A stretch of DNA of 45,725 nt from Pseudonocardiales bacterium (GCA_030840285.1 JAVEES010000367.1:1-45725), one strand, 5' to 3'. Positions 37,237 to 45,721 are shown, numbered from the stretch's first letter. Notes: generated by a model from the sequence alone, not told the origin. A program made the numbers and translations.

Positions 37237-38369
37237 CGCATGATCACGACCTCATTGTGCCGTGTCGATGCCTCCGGTGTGGCCGCGCCACAGTCACAGT
37301 CCGGGTGTGGCGGCCACCCCCGGCGCCGCAACCGCCAGTCAGGCGGCTGCCATTCGAGGGTGGCAGACGTGCTGGCCGGCTCCTGTCGATCCAGAAACGC
37401 CAAGATCTGGCTGGCAGCCAGGCCAGCTGTCGAGACACACAGCGCCGCATCCTGAGCTGGGCGCCGCCGACCGGTTCGGGACAGCTGAATCGCCAGCAGT
37501 GGCCACGCGGGATCCCTGTCGCACCGGTGCAGATCAGCACACCTCAGGCAGCTCGTGAGACCAGGAACAACGAGCGGGCCCACAATCGCCTGGCCGGCGT
37601 GCACACTGACGCTCAGATGGGTGCGCTGGTCCAGGTGGAGGGCGGACCGGACGGCCGGATCCACCGGCCCCGGATCGGTCAGAACGACCACGTCGCTCGG
37701 CTGGCCGCCCGGATCCGGGCCCAGGTTCGCCGCAGGGGCCGCCCGGCGCACCGCGTCCCGTGCCGCGCTCGCGAATCGGCGGCCCTCGTCACTGGGCAGC
37801 AGGCCGCCGGGGCAGGCATCGGCGGCGCTCGCCTCGCCGTTTGCCACCAGGCGAACCGAGCCGACCCCGGAGGCCGCCAGGACAGAGGCGATCAACGCTG
37901 TCAGCTGCGAATGACCGTGCACCGCGACAGCCGCACCGCGCCGACCGTGGTGCCGGCTATTCGGCCCGCTGTAGGCCGCGGCGCCGGTCGTGGACCGGGT
38001 GGTCTCGCGGTGGGTGCCGGACGGTCCGGCATTGCCCGGACCGGGCGATCTCAGCGGAGCAGCGCCCTCATGAGTCACGGACATGAATCCGAGCCCGGCG
38101 AGAACCTGACACAGCTCGGCGAGTTCGTCGTCACGATCGTCGGTGTTACTTGGCGGCTCGTCGGAGTCCAGTGCGTCTCGGCGACGGGGGAGCAGGGCCA
38201 GCACGTCCTCGGAGTGGATCTGTTCGACGATGATCCGGCGGCTGCCCAGCTCGAACTGAACCGTGTGCGGATCTCGCCACAACACCGACGTGGCCTCGTT
38301 GAGAACCGGGCGTCGGAGCGGCGGCTGCGTGGGCGAAGCATTGGTTGGCTGCGCTGAACTGCTGGTCAT
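37233..38369 (-). CDS. ThiF/TOMM-C-like E1-fold zinc protein (Rv3196-like)
   Basis: VLWRDPHTVQF, LAASGVG, VGPLVVPGLTSCLRCADLHRCDRDPAWP and HPDCDC; ATGA overlap with the ABC1 kinase gene. Confidence 0.82.
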   Translation of the reverse strand: MTSSSAQPTNASPTQPPLRRPVLNEATSVLWRDPHTVQFELGSRRIIVEQIHSEDVLALLPRRRDALDSDEPPSNTDDRDDELAELCQVLAGLGFMSVTHEGAAPLRSPGPGNAGPSGTHRETTRSTTGAAAYSGPNSRHHGRRGAAVAVHGHSQLTALIASVLAASGVGSVRLVANGEASAADACPGGLLPSDEGRRFASAARDAVRRAAPAANLGPDPGGQPSDVVVLTDPGPVDPAVRSALHLDQRTHLSVSVHAGQAIVGPLVVPGLTSCLRCADLHRCDRDPAWPLLAIQLSRTGRRRPAQDAALCVSTAGLAASQILAFLDRQEPASTSATLEWQPPDWRLRRRGWPPHPDCDCGAATPEASTRHNEVVIMR

Positions 38370-38408
38370 GACGGCACCGTGTCACACATCGGCGACGGTC
38401 GTCCGGAC

Positions 38409-38527
38409 TCATCCACAGGGACCGAGTAACCCTCAACTCCATGTCCACACTTGTGGAGCTGCCTGTGGATAACATGCGGACAACGCGCCGCACCGGACCG
38501 GCCGATCCGTGGATAGCCTGTGGATAA
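38409..38527. promoter_or_regulatory. Cluster of DnaA-box-like 9-mers
   Basis: TCATCCACA 38409, ATGTCCACA 38441, TGTGGATAA 38464 (perfect), TGCGGACAA 38475, CGTGGATAG 38508 and TGTGGATAA 38519 (perfect). Confidence 0.6.
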
Positions 38528-38537
38528 CCGGGTCCTC

Positions 38538-38559
38538 TGTCGGATCGGGACCTTAAGCT
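38538..38559 (+). promoter_or_regulatory. Perfect PafBC (RecA-NDp)-type promoter, leaderless
   Basis: TGTCGG-N10-TAAGCT, then 6 nt to GTG 38566. Confidence 0.65.
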
Positions 38560-38565
38560 CACCCC

Positions 38566-39144
38566 GTGGCAGAAACTTCACCGCTAGTCGAGATCCGTCG
38601 CAGCTCGCGCCGTCGACGGACCGTGTCCGCGTACCGAGACGGGGACAAGATCGTCGTTCTGATGCCGGCTCGGATGACCAAGGCCGACGAGCAGCGTCTG
38701 GTCGCCGAACTCGTCGGCAAGATCACCAGCCGCGAGGCAGCGCAGGCGATCAAGGGCCCGAGGGCCAGTGATCGTGCGTTGCTCCGGCGATCAGTTGAGC
38801 TGTCTGAGCTGTATCTGGACGGCCTAGCCAGCCCAGCCAGCGTTCGCTGGGTCACCAACATGGATCGCCGTTGGGGTTCCTGCACACCCGTCGATGGGTC
38901 GATCCGGTTGTCCCACCGGCTTCAGCCCATGCCGTCATGGGTTGTCGACTACGTGCTCGTTCACGAGCTGAGCCATCTCTTGGAATCCGGTCACGGTGCG
39001 CGGTTCTGGTCATGGGTGGACCGTTACCCTCGCACTGAGCGTGCCCGGGGCTACCTCGAAGGAGTGGCGATGGCAGCTCAGCTGCCGGGCTTGTCATTCT
39101 GTGACGAACTACCTGAACCATCCGAGCCCTCGCCCGAACCTTGA
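38566..39144 (+). CDS. YgjP/DUF45 (SprT/M48-like) zinc metallopeptidase-family protein
   Basis: VEIRRSSRRRRTVSA, RWGSC, IRLS and YVLVHELSHL...HGARFW. Confidence 0.88.
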   Translation: MAETSPLVEIRRSSRRRRTVSAYRDGDKIVVLMPARMTKADEQRLVAELVGKITSREAAQAIKGPRASDRALLRRSVELSELYLDGLASPASVRWVTNMDRRWGSCTPVDGSIRLSHRLQPMPSWVVDYVLVHELSHLLESGHGARFWSWVDRYPRTERARGYLEGVAMAAQLPGLSFCDELPEPSEPSPEP

Positions 39145-40466
39145 GCATCGTGCGAGCCCGAGCCTTCAGCATCGCTCGAACCTTGAGGCTCGCCCGAGCC
39201 TTCAGCATCGCCCGAGCCTTGAGCATCGCTCGAACCTTGAGGCTCGCCGCCGGCCGCGAATTCTTCCAGACCCGCCAGCTCCAGGTTTTGACTCGTTCCG
39301 TAATTGCTGACGAAGCCCAGCGCGTCGTCGAGATCGTCCGGGGTCGGCAGCAGATCCGGATGGTTCCACAGGGTGTCCCTGACGGAGGGACCGTGCCGCT
39401 GCGTCATCGCGCCCCACAAGGTGGCTGCTTCGCGCAAGCGACGCGGTCGTAGTTCCAGGCCGACCAACGTCGCAAAGGTCTGTTCGGCTGGGCCACCGGA
39501 TGCACGCCGGCGCCGCATCGCCTCGGACAGCGCGGCCGATCCGTGCATCCGATCCCGCGAGGACGCCGAGACGACCGTGTCGACCCATCCCTCGATCAGG
39601 GCTAGCAACGTTTCGAGCCTGCGCAGCGCCGCATTCTGGGCATCGGTGTTCTGAGGCTCGAACAGGCCGCCCGCCAGAGCATTCTGCAGCGACTCAGGGT
39701 TGGTCGGGTCGATCTCACCGATGGCTGACGAAATCGCGTTGGGGTCGATCGTGATGCCCCTGCCGTAGGCGTCGACAGCCTCGATCAGCTGCTGACGAAG
39801 CCACGGAACATGGCTGTAGAGGCGATGATGTGCGGCTTCTCGGAGCGCGAGGAATAGGCGCACCTCCTCGAGTCCCCGTTCCAGACCGGAGGCGAGCTCT
39901 TCGACATTGCGCACGACCAGAGCACCGGTCCCTTGTGGCCCCAGCGGCAAGCCGACGTCAGTAGCCGAGACCACCTCGCCGGCAAGGGCGGCCAGACCTT
40001 GACCGAGTTGCGCTCCGAACATCAGGCCGCCGAGTTGAGCCATCATCGGCGCCATCGGGCCCGCTTGCGCCGCGACCTCCGGCGGTAGTGCGCTAGACAT
40101 GGCCGCAACCACCCGACCGGCCACCGGGTCACAGACGGAAGCCCAGGTTCCGATCGTCTTCTCGACCCAGTCGACCTGGCTCCACGCCTGGGTGGTGCTG
40201 ATTCCGGACGGAAGGTCGGTGACATCGTCCAGCCAGTGATCGGCAAGCCGTATCGCCTCGGATACCTCGGCGGCATCGGAGGCAGTGGTGCTGCGATGGT
40301 CACCGGCCAGATTGGATATCGCCAATTGACGAGCCAGGTCCCAGTTCACCGGGCCGCCGGTGCCCGACAGCAGGCGCTGAAGCTCGGCGAACAACGGGAT
40401 CTTGCCGGACAGATCATCGGGATCGCCACCTGAGCCCGGGCCGAATCCGAAGCCGAAGTTACTCAT
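39078..40466 (-). CDS. Zinc-dependent metalloprotease, zincin_2 family (Rv3195-like)
   Basis: GPVNWDLARQLA, LREAAHHRL, LETLLALIEGW, GGPAEQTFATLVGLELRPR and WNHPDLLP; TAGCGT-N7-ATG. Confidence 0.9.
   Translation of the reverse strand: MSNFGFGFGPGSGGDPDDLSGKIPLFAELQRLLSGTGGPVNWDLARQLAISNLAGDHRSTTASDAAEVSEAIRLADHWLDDVTDLPSGISTTQAWSQVDWVEKTIGTWASVCDPVAGRVVAAMSSALPPEVAAQAGPMAPMMAQLGGLMFGAQLGQGLAALAGEVVSATDVGLPLGPQGTGALVVRNVEELASGLERGLEEVRLFLALREAAHHRLYSHVPWLRQQLIEAVDAYGRGITIDPNAISSAIGEIDPTNPESLQNALAGGLFEPQNTDAQNAALRRLETLLALIEGWVDTVVSASSRDRMHGSAALSEAMRRRRASGGPAEQTFATLVGLELRPRRLREAATLWGAMTQRHGPSVRDTLWNHPDLLPTPDDLDDALGFVSNYGTSQNLELAGLEEFAAGGEPQGSSDAQGSGDAEGSGEPQGSSDAEGSGSHDAQGSGEGSDGSGSSSQNDKPGS
39126..39247. 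repeat. 18-bp degenerate tandem repeat (about 6 units) at the convergent gene overlap
   Basis: Units such as GCATCGCTCGAACCTTGA and GGCTCGCCCGAGCCTTCA; they encode (E/D)(P/A)(Q/E)GS(S/G) hexapeptides on the minus strand. Confidence 0.8.
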
Positions 40467-40520
40467 TCCAGTCACGCTAGACCCAACGATTCGGGGCTGC
40501 CGGGCGTGCCCGCGGGGATT

Positions 40521-40534
40521 AGCCCTGAGCGAAC
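40521..40534 (-). promoter_or_regulatory. ClgR-like operator upstream of the zincin gene
   Basis: Minus strand GTTCGC-tcagg-GCT, centred about 60 nt upstream of the leaderless ATG 40466. Confidence 0.5.
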
Positions 40535-40608
40535 AGACGGTGGCACTCGCAGCCCACCGATCGGCGCGGGTCCGCTGCGAACCGTCCGCGCCCGATTAGC
40601 CTCATGCC

Positions 40609-40845
40609 ATGGCTTGGGCGTGGTGGTTATTGGCACCGGTGCTGTCCACTGTCACCGGCGGCCTCGCGCTGTGGTGGCATGGCAGATCCGAATCAGGGGG
40701 GTCGATGCTGCGTCCCGGCATCGCCATCGCCGAGCACCGTGCGCTGCTCGATGCCCTTGCCCGGCCAGGCGAGACCCAGGCGCCACCTGTGAACATGGTG
40801 CTGCTGCCGACCTCGGCCAATCAGGGCGGTGCAGGCAACCGTTAG
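40609..40845 (+). CDS. Small membrane-anchored hypothetical protein (78 aa)
   Basis: TAGCCT-N6-ATG; N-terminal TM (MAWAWWLLAPVLSTVTGGLALWW); directly upstream of the PDZ-Lon gene. Confidence 0.65.
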   Translation: MAWAWWLLAPVLSTVTGGLALWWHGRSESGGSMLRPGIAIAEHRALLDALARPGETQAPPVNMVLLPTSANQGGAGNR

Positions 40846-40855
40846 GGTGACGGCA

Positions 40856-41887
40856 ATGTCTCGACAGTTGCGAACTCTGCTGATAGGCGCGGTTCTCGTC
40901 GTGCTGCTCGGCGCCGGGAGTTTCGCGTTGAAGGTGCCTTACGTGGTGCTCAGCCCGGGTCCCACAGTGAACACCCTCGGCCAGGACAACGGCACGGACA
41001 TCATCGCCTTCAAGGGCCGCGCGCCCGCTAAGACCACGGGCAATCTCAACTTGACCACGGTGTCGGTTCAGACGGATCGGACAACTGTCGCCGGTGCGAT
41101 CAGAGGCTGGCTGGCCTCCGACGAAGTCGTTGTTCCGCATGACAGTGTCTACCCGCCGGGTCAGTCCGAGCAGCAGACGAACGCCCAGGACAAGCAGGAC
41201 TTCATCCAGTCTCAGGACTCGGCGACCGCCGCGGCGGCCTGCGAGCTGAAGTACCGCCGAGGCTTCGGTGTCGCGTCGGTGCCGGCTGACTCGCCCAATG
41301 CCGGCGTCCTGAAGCCAGGCGACATCTTCGTGTCGCTCAACGGCGTGAAGGTTACCGACGACGGTTCTCTTCGCTCGATACTCAGCAGCTTGAAGGCCGG
41401 CCAGACGGTCCCCGCCGTGCTCATCCGTAGCAATCTGCAGATCACGGTAACCGTGCGGATGGGACCGCCGGCCAAAGGCAGCACGACGCCGATGCTCGGC
41501 GTCACGGTCACCACCGGATGCCTGCTTCCCTTCGAGGTCACCCTGGGGTTGAGTGGCATCGGTGGCCCGTCGGCCGGGCTGATGTTCGCGCTGGGCATCA
41601 TCGACAAATCCGGCGCGGACAACGACCTCACGGGCGGCAAGTTCATCGCGGGCACGGGCACCATCGATCCGGACGGCGCGGTAGGACCGATCGGTGGCAT
41701 CCAGTTGAAGATGCTTGGTGCCAGACGTGAAGGAGCTACCGTCTTCCTGGCGCCGGAAAGCAACTGCAACGACGTCAGGGGCAACATCCCGGCCGGCTTG
41801 ACCGTCATCAAGGTCGGCACACTGCATGAGGCGATCACCAGCTTGGAAGCCGTCAAGGCCGGTCAGACCGATCTGCCGCACTGCTGA
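40856..41887 (+). CDS. PDZ-containing Lon-like (S16) protease YlbL/Rv3194c-like
   Basis: N-terminal TM, PYVVLSPGPT, PDZ (LKPGD), IGGPSAGLMF catalytic Ser and IGGIQLK catalytic Lys. Confidence 0.92.
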   Translation: MSRQLRTLLIGAVLVVLLGAGSFALKVPYVVLSPGPTVNTLGQDNGTDIIAFKGRAPAKTTGNLNLTTVSVQTDRTTVAGAIRGWLASDEVVVPHDSVYPPGQSEQQTNAQDKQDFIQSQDSATAAAACELKYRRGFGVASVPADSPNAGVLKPGDIFVSLNGVKVTDDGSLRSILSSLKAGQTVPAVLIRSNLQITVTVRMGPPAKGSTTPMLGVTVTTGCLLPFEVTLGLSGIGGPSAGLMFALGIIDKSGADNDLTGGKFIAGTGTIDPDGAVGPIGGIQLKMLGARREGATVFLAPESNCNDVRGNIPAGLTVIKVGTLHEAITSLEAVKAGQTDLPHC

Positions 41888-41918
41888 GGCGGCCCTTCGG
41901 CTGCCGCAGCCCCGTTTG

Positions 41919-42485
41919 TCAGTCCGACAGGGTCGCCGAAAGCGCCGCCACGAGGTTGGGCGCCAGTTCTGCTCCGGTGAGCAGGTCGTCCGCGGCGCCG
42001 TCGGTCGCCCGCAGGCGCAACACGCCGGCACTTCGCCCATCGCGCAGCACCGCGACGACGAGTCGTGCCTCTCGCCGTTCGGGATGGGTGGTGGCCGCGT
42101 CGAGCGCCGCGTCGAGGTCGAGATCGTCGAGGGCGGTTTCTGCTGAGGGCGGCAGCATGACGATCTCCTGGCTGAGAGCGCATCCGACGACCTCACTGGG
42201 CCAACCGATCTGGGACAGAATCTCGTCCAGTGCGCCGTCAGGCAACTCCTCCTGAGCGATCGGTGTCAGTGCGGATTCCGAGATTGCGTCCGGATCCAGC
42301 GGCGAGCCGTCCGGCGACAGTACGGATGATGCCGCCGGATCGGTAGCGAGCGTCCGGGTGGGCACGAGGGCAAAGAGGGTAGGTGATCCGCCCCAGCCCG
42401 CGCCGGCGGCGAAGGCTTCGATCTCAGCGGCCACGGCATCGAGCAGAATGGGGCCGGCTGGGGGCTGGGGAAGGTTCTCGGTCAT
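41919..42485 (-). CDS. PPA1309-family protein
   Basis: EIE.FAA..GW...PTLFALVPT, LTPIAQEELP, IGWPSEVVGCAL and HPERREARLVVAVLRDG. Confidence 0.85.
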   Translation of the reverse strand: MTENLPQPPAGPILLDAVAAEIEAFAAGAGWGGSPTLFALVPTRTLATDPAASSVLSPDGSPLDPDAISESALTPIAQEELPDGALDEILSQIGWPSEVVGCALSQEIVMLPPSAETALDDLDLDAALDAATTHPERREARLVVAVLRDGRSAGVLRLRATDGAADDLLTGAELAPNLVAALSATLSD

Positions 42486-42614
42486 GTCTGAATCGTGCCA
42501 CCTGCAGGAACTTCCACCCGGGTCGGTACGTTGCCGAGTACAGGGCGCGGTTCCAGAGTGCCTGACCATACTTGCCATCCGTGCACAGCTCGGATGCCAG
42601 AAGAGGAGTACCGA

Positions 42615-45554
42615 GTGGCCATGCGGCCCGAAATGCCCAGCATCAAGGTCTCGCGACGGGGCAAGATCCTTATTGGCGTGCTGGTCTCCTTCATCATTCT
42701 GCTGTCGCTGCTGGGATCGGCAGCCCGGGTGTACACGAACTGGCTGTGGTTCGGGGAATTGCACTATCGCGGTGTCTTCTCCTCCATTCTGTGGACGCGG
42801 GTTGTGCTGTTCCTGGTATTCGGCACAGCGCTAGCTGTGATCGTGGGTGCCAACGTCTATCTCGCGTTCCGCGCGCGTCCGCCATTTCGCCCGATGTCGC
42901 CGGAGCAGGAAAATCTCGAGCGGTACCGGGTCGCTCTGGAGCCGCGTCGGCGCCTGATCTTCGCTGTGCTGCTCGTGCTGCTGTTCATCGGCGCCGGCAT
43001 CGCGGCCCAGCAGGACTGGAAGATCTGGCAGTTGTTCCTGCACGGGCAGTCCTTCGGGGTGAAGGATCCGCAGTTCAACAGAGACATTTCATTCTTCGCG
43101 TGGGACTACCCGGCCTACCGCATGCTGCTCGGGTTTGGCTTCAATGCGGTGATCTTCTCGCTGCTGCTGAGCCTGGCGGTGCATTACATCTTCGGTGCCT
43201 TCCGGATTGCCACACCGGGGCCGAAGCTGACTATCGCGGCACGCCGTCATATCACCGTGCTCGTCTTCTTCTTCATCGTGCTCAAGGCCTGCGCCTACTG
43301 GCTCGATCGCTACGGCCTGGTGTTCTCCGATCGCGGCAAGGTGACCGGTGCTTCCTATACCGATGTGCATGCAACCCTGCCGGCGAAAACGCTGCTGTTC
43401 TGGGCCGCGGTGTTGATCGCGCTCGCCGTGCTGGCCAGTCTGTGGCTGAAGAGCGCTCAGATCGCGACCATCTCGTTCGGCATCCTGCTGGTGTTATCGA
43501 TCGGCATCAATGGAATCTATCCCGCGCTGGTCCAGCAGATCTCGGTCAAGCCCAATGCCAGCGACAAAGAAGCGCCTTACATCTCTCGCAATATTCAAGC
43601 GACTCGCGCCGCCTACGACATCAAGTCGAACACCGACGGCGGTGTCGTGACGTATACCGATTATGGCAGCGGTGCGCCGCAGAGTCCGTCGAAGCTGGAG
43701 AGCGACAAGGCGACCGTGCCGAATATCCGAATCACCGACCCCAATGTGGTGAGCCCGACATTCACCAATGCTCAGCAGCTGCGAAACTACTACGGCTTCG
43801 CCGACAAGTTGGACATCGACCGCTACAGCGCGGACGGCACCGTGTCTGACTACATCGTGGGTGTCCGGGAGCTGAAGGCGGCGAATCTCACGGGTAGCCA
43901 GACCAACTGGATCAACAAGCACACGGTATATACCCATGGTTATGGCTTCGTGGCAGGTAAGGCCGACCAGGACGTCAACGCCCGTTCTGATTTTGCGGTA
44001 GGCAACATCCCGCAAACGGGCTTCCTCAAAGTCGACAAGCCCCAGATTTACTACGGCGAACTGGGAGTGGACTACTCGATCGTTGGGGCAACCGGCGCCC
44101 GCGAGAACGACGGTAGTGATCAGCGCTCGTCGTATCAGGGAACGGGAGGTGTCTCGCTAGGGAGCCTTGTCAACAAGCTCGCGTTCGCGATCAAGTACCG
44201 GCAGGGCAACTTCGTCCTCAATGACGCGGTTTCGGCCAAGGGTGCGAAGGTGATCTTCGATCGGGATCCCCGGCAGCGGGTACAGAAGGTGGCACCGTTC
44301 TTGCAGGTGGATGGGGATCCGTACCCAGCCGTGATCGACGGCCGTATCGTCTGGATGCTCGATGGCTACACGACGATGGCGAATTACCCTTATTCGGAAA
44401 GGCAATCGCTGTCGAGCCTGACCACTGACTCACTGTCCAACAGCAACCGGACGGCATCCCAACCGAACAGCGAGATCAACTACATCCGCAACTCGGTCAA
44501 GGCCACGGTGGACGCCTACGACGGCACCGTAAAGCTGTATGCCTGGGACGAGCAAGATCCGGTGCTCAAGACATGGATGAAGGTATTTCCGGGAGTGGTA
44601 CAGCCGAAATCCGCTATACCGCAGGGCGTTCTGGACCACATTCGTTATCCGCAGGACCTCTTCGAGGTTCAGCGCGCGCTGTTGCAGCGCTATCACGTCA
44701 CCAACCCTGTGCAGTTCTATAACGGCACCGATCAGTGGACGGTGCCTGATGACCCCACGGTCGCAAGTGCTGTTGACCAGCCGCCCTACTACGTCCTGGC
44801 CGGCGCCAGTGCGGGAACGGGGTCCGCGGAGTATCAGCTCACGTCGCCGATGAAGGTCAACAACAGGCCCAACATGGCCGCCTTCGTCTCTGTCAATTCA
44901 CAGGCCGGGCCGGATTACGGCAAGTTCGACGTGCTGCGGTTGCCCTCTGGGACCTCGATCCAGGGACCCCAACAGATCTACTCGAGATTCAACTCAGAAC
45001 CTGCGATCTCCTCAGATCTGTCACTACTTCGTACCGGTGGCTCCTCGATCATCGAGGGCAACCTGCTGTCGCTGCCGATCGGCGGGACGTTCCTCTACGT
45101 CGAACCGCTGTATGTGCAGGGTGCCGGTACGAACTCCTTCCCGCTGCTTCAAAGGGTGCTGATCTCATACGGCGATCTGATCGGCTATGGAACGAGCGTG
45201 AGCGATGCGTTGAGCCGGTTGTCGCCGGCAGGGCAGGTGCCATCGCTGCGCAACGGCAGTGGCGGGATCACCACGTCGCCTAACCCGACCCAGTCACCAC
45301 CGGTCACACCCTCTGCGGCGCCATCCAGCGGTGCGTCGCCAAGCACCTCGCCGTCGGACATCAATTCGATTCTCAGCCAGCTGGATCAGGCGTTCACCAC
45401 CCTGCAGAACGCCTACAAATCGGGTGACTTCGCGAAGATCGGCTCAGCCCAGGCAGAGGTACAGCGGTTGTCCGAGCTATATCTCAAGGCCCGGTCGTCG
45501 GCATCCGCGACGACCACGCCGGCCACTCCGAAGCCCTCGGCTTCGCATTCGTAG
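42615..45554 (+). CDS. UPF0182 family membrane protein (Rv3193c-like)
   Basis: RBS GAGGAG; multi-TM N-terminus, DPQFNRDISFF, YTHGYG, IYYGE and NYIRNSVKATVDAYDG. Confidence 0.94.
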   Translation: MAMRPEMPSIKVSRRGKILIGVLVSFIILLSLLGSAARVYTNWLWFGELHYRGVFSSILWTRVVLFLVFGTALAVIVGANVYLAFRARPPFRPMSPEQENLERYRVALEPRRRLIFAVLLVLLFIGAGIAAQQDWKIWQLFLHGQSFGVKDPQFNRDISFFAWDYPAYRMLLGFGFNAVIFSLLLSLAVHYIFGAFRIATPGPKLTIAARRHITVLVFFFIVLKACAYWLDRYGLVFSDRGKVTGASYTDVHATLPAKTLLFWAAVLIALAVLASLWLKSAQIATISFGILLVLSIGINGIYPALVQQISVKPNASDKEAPYISRNIQATRAAYDIKSNTDGGVVTYTDYGSGAPQSPSKLESDKATVPNIRITDPNVVSPTFTNAQQLRNYYGFADKLDIDRYSADGTVSDYIVGVRELKAANLTGSQTNWINKHTVYTHGYGFVAGKADQDVNARSDFAVGNIPQTGFLKVDKPQIYYGELGVDYSIVGATGARENDGSDQRSSYQGTGGVSLGSLVNKLAFAIKYRQGNFVLNDAVSAKGAKVIFDRDPRQRVQKVAPFLQVDGDPYPAVIDGRIVWMLDGYTTMANYPYSERQSLSSLTTDSLSNSNRTASQPNSEINYIRNSVKATVDAYDGTVKLYAWDEQDPVLKTWMKVFPGVVQPKSAIPQGVLDHIRYPQDLFEVQRALLQRYHVTNPVQFYNGTDQWTVPDDPTVASAVDQPPYYVLAGASAGTGSAEYQLTSPMKVNNRPNMAAFVSVNSQAGPDYGKFDVLRLPSGTSIQGPQQIYSRFNSEPAISSDLSLLRTGGSSIIEGNLLSLPIGGTFLYVEPLYVQGAGTNSFPLLQRVLISYGDLIGYGTSVSDALSRLSPAGQVPSLRNGSGGITTSPNPTQSPPVTPSAAPSSGASPSTSPSDINSILSQLDQAFTTLQNAYKSGDFAKIGSAQAEVQRLSELYLKARSSASATTTPATPKPSASHS

Positions 45555-45606
45555 CCGGTCTGACTTCCTTCTCGGGAGCGATCGCCAGAGTGCGGTCGCT
45601 CCCGAT

Positions 45607-45635
45607 TTGGAGAGGTGGGCACCGGCCTGTAATGT
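45607..45635 (+). promoter_or_regulatory. Putative sigma-A promoter of the tRNA
   Basis: TTGGAG-N17-TAATGT, 12 nt before the mature tRNA start. Confidence 0.55.
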
Positions 45636-45647
45636 GGTGTTTACCGA

Positions 45648-45721
45648 CGCGGGGTGGAGCAGCTCGGTAGCTCGCTGGGCTCATAACCCAGAGGTCGCAG
45701 GTTCAAATCCTGTCCCCGCTA
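45648..45721 (+). tRNA. tRNA-fMet (CAT), initiator; CCA not encoded
   Basis: CGCGGGG/CCCCGCT acceptor stem with C1:U72 mismatch, GGG/CCC anticodon stem, CAT at 45682-45684 and GGTTCAAATCC T-arm. Confidence 0.97.

Noticed and set aside
37233-38369. RiPP (TOMM) biosynthetic cluster
   Set aside because: No YcaO, dehydrogenase, transporter or Cys/Ser/Thr-rich precursor; the gene belongs to the conserved core block.
38409-38527. oriC
   Set aside because: No dnaA/dnaN neighbours and no AT-rich unwinding element; too few boxes for an actinobacterial origin.
40652-42196. Long antisense or alternative-frame ORFs (also 5226-6281, 15442-16668, 25265-26236, 37197-38357, 42572-43849)
   Set aside because: They are shadows of well-supported genes in high-GC DNA, with no motifs or translation signals.
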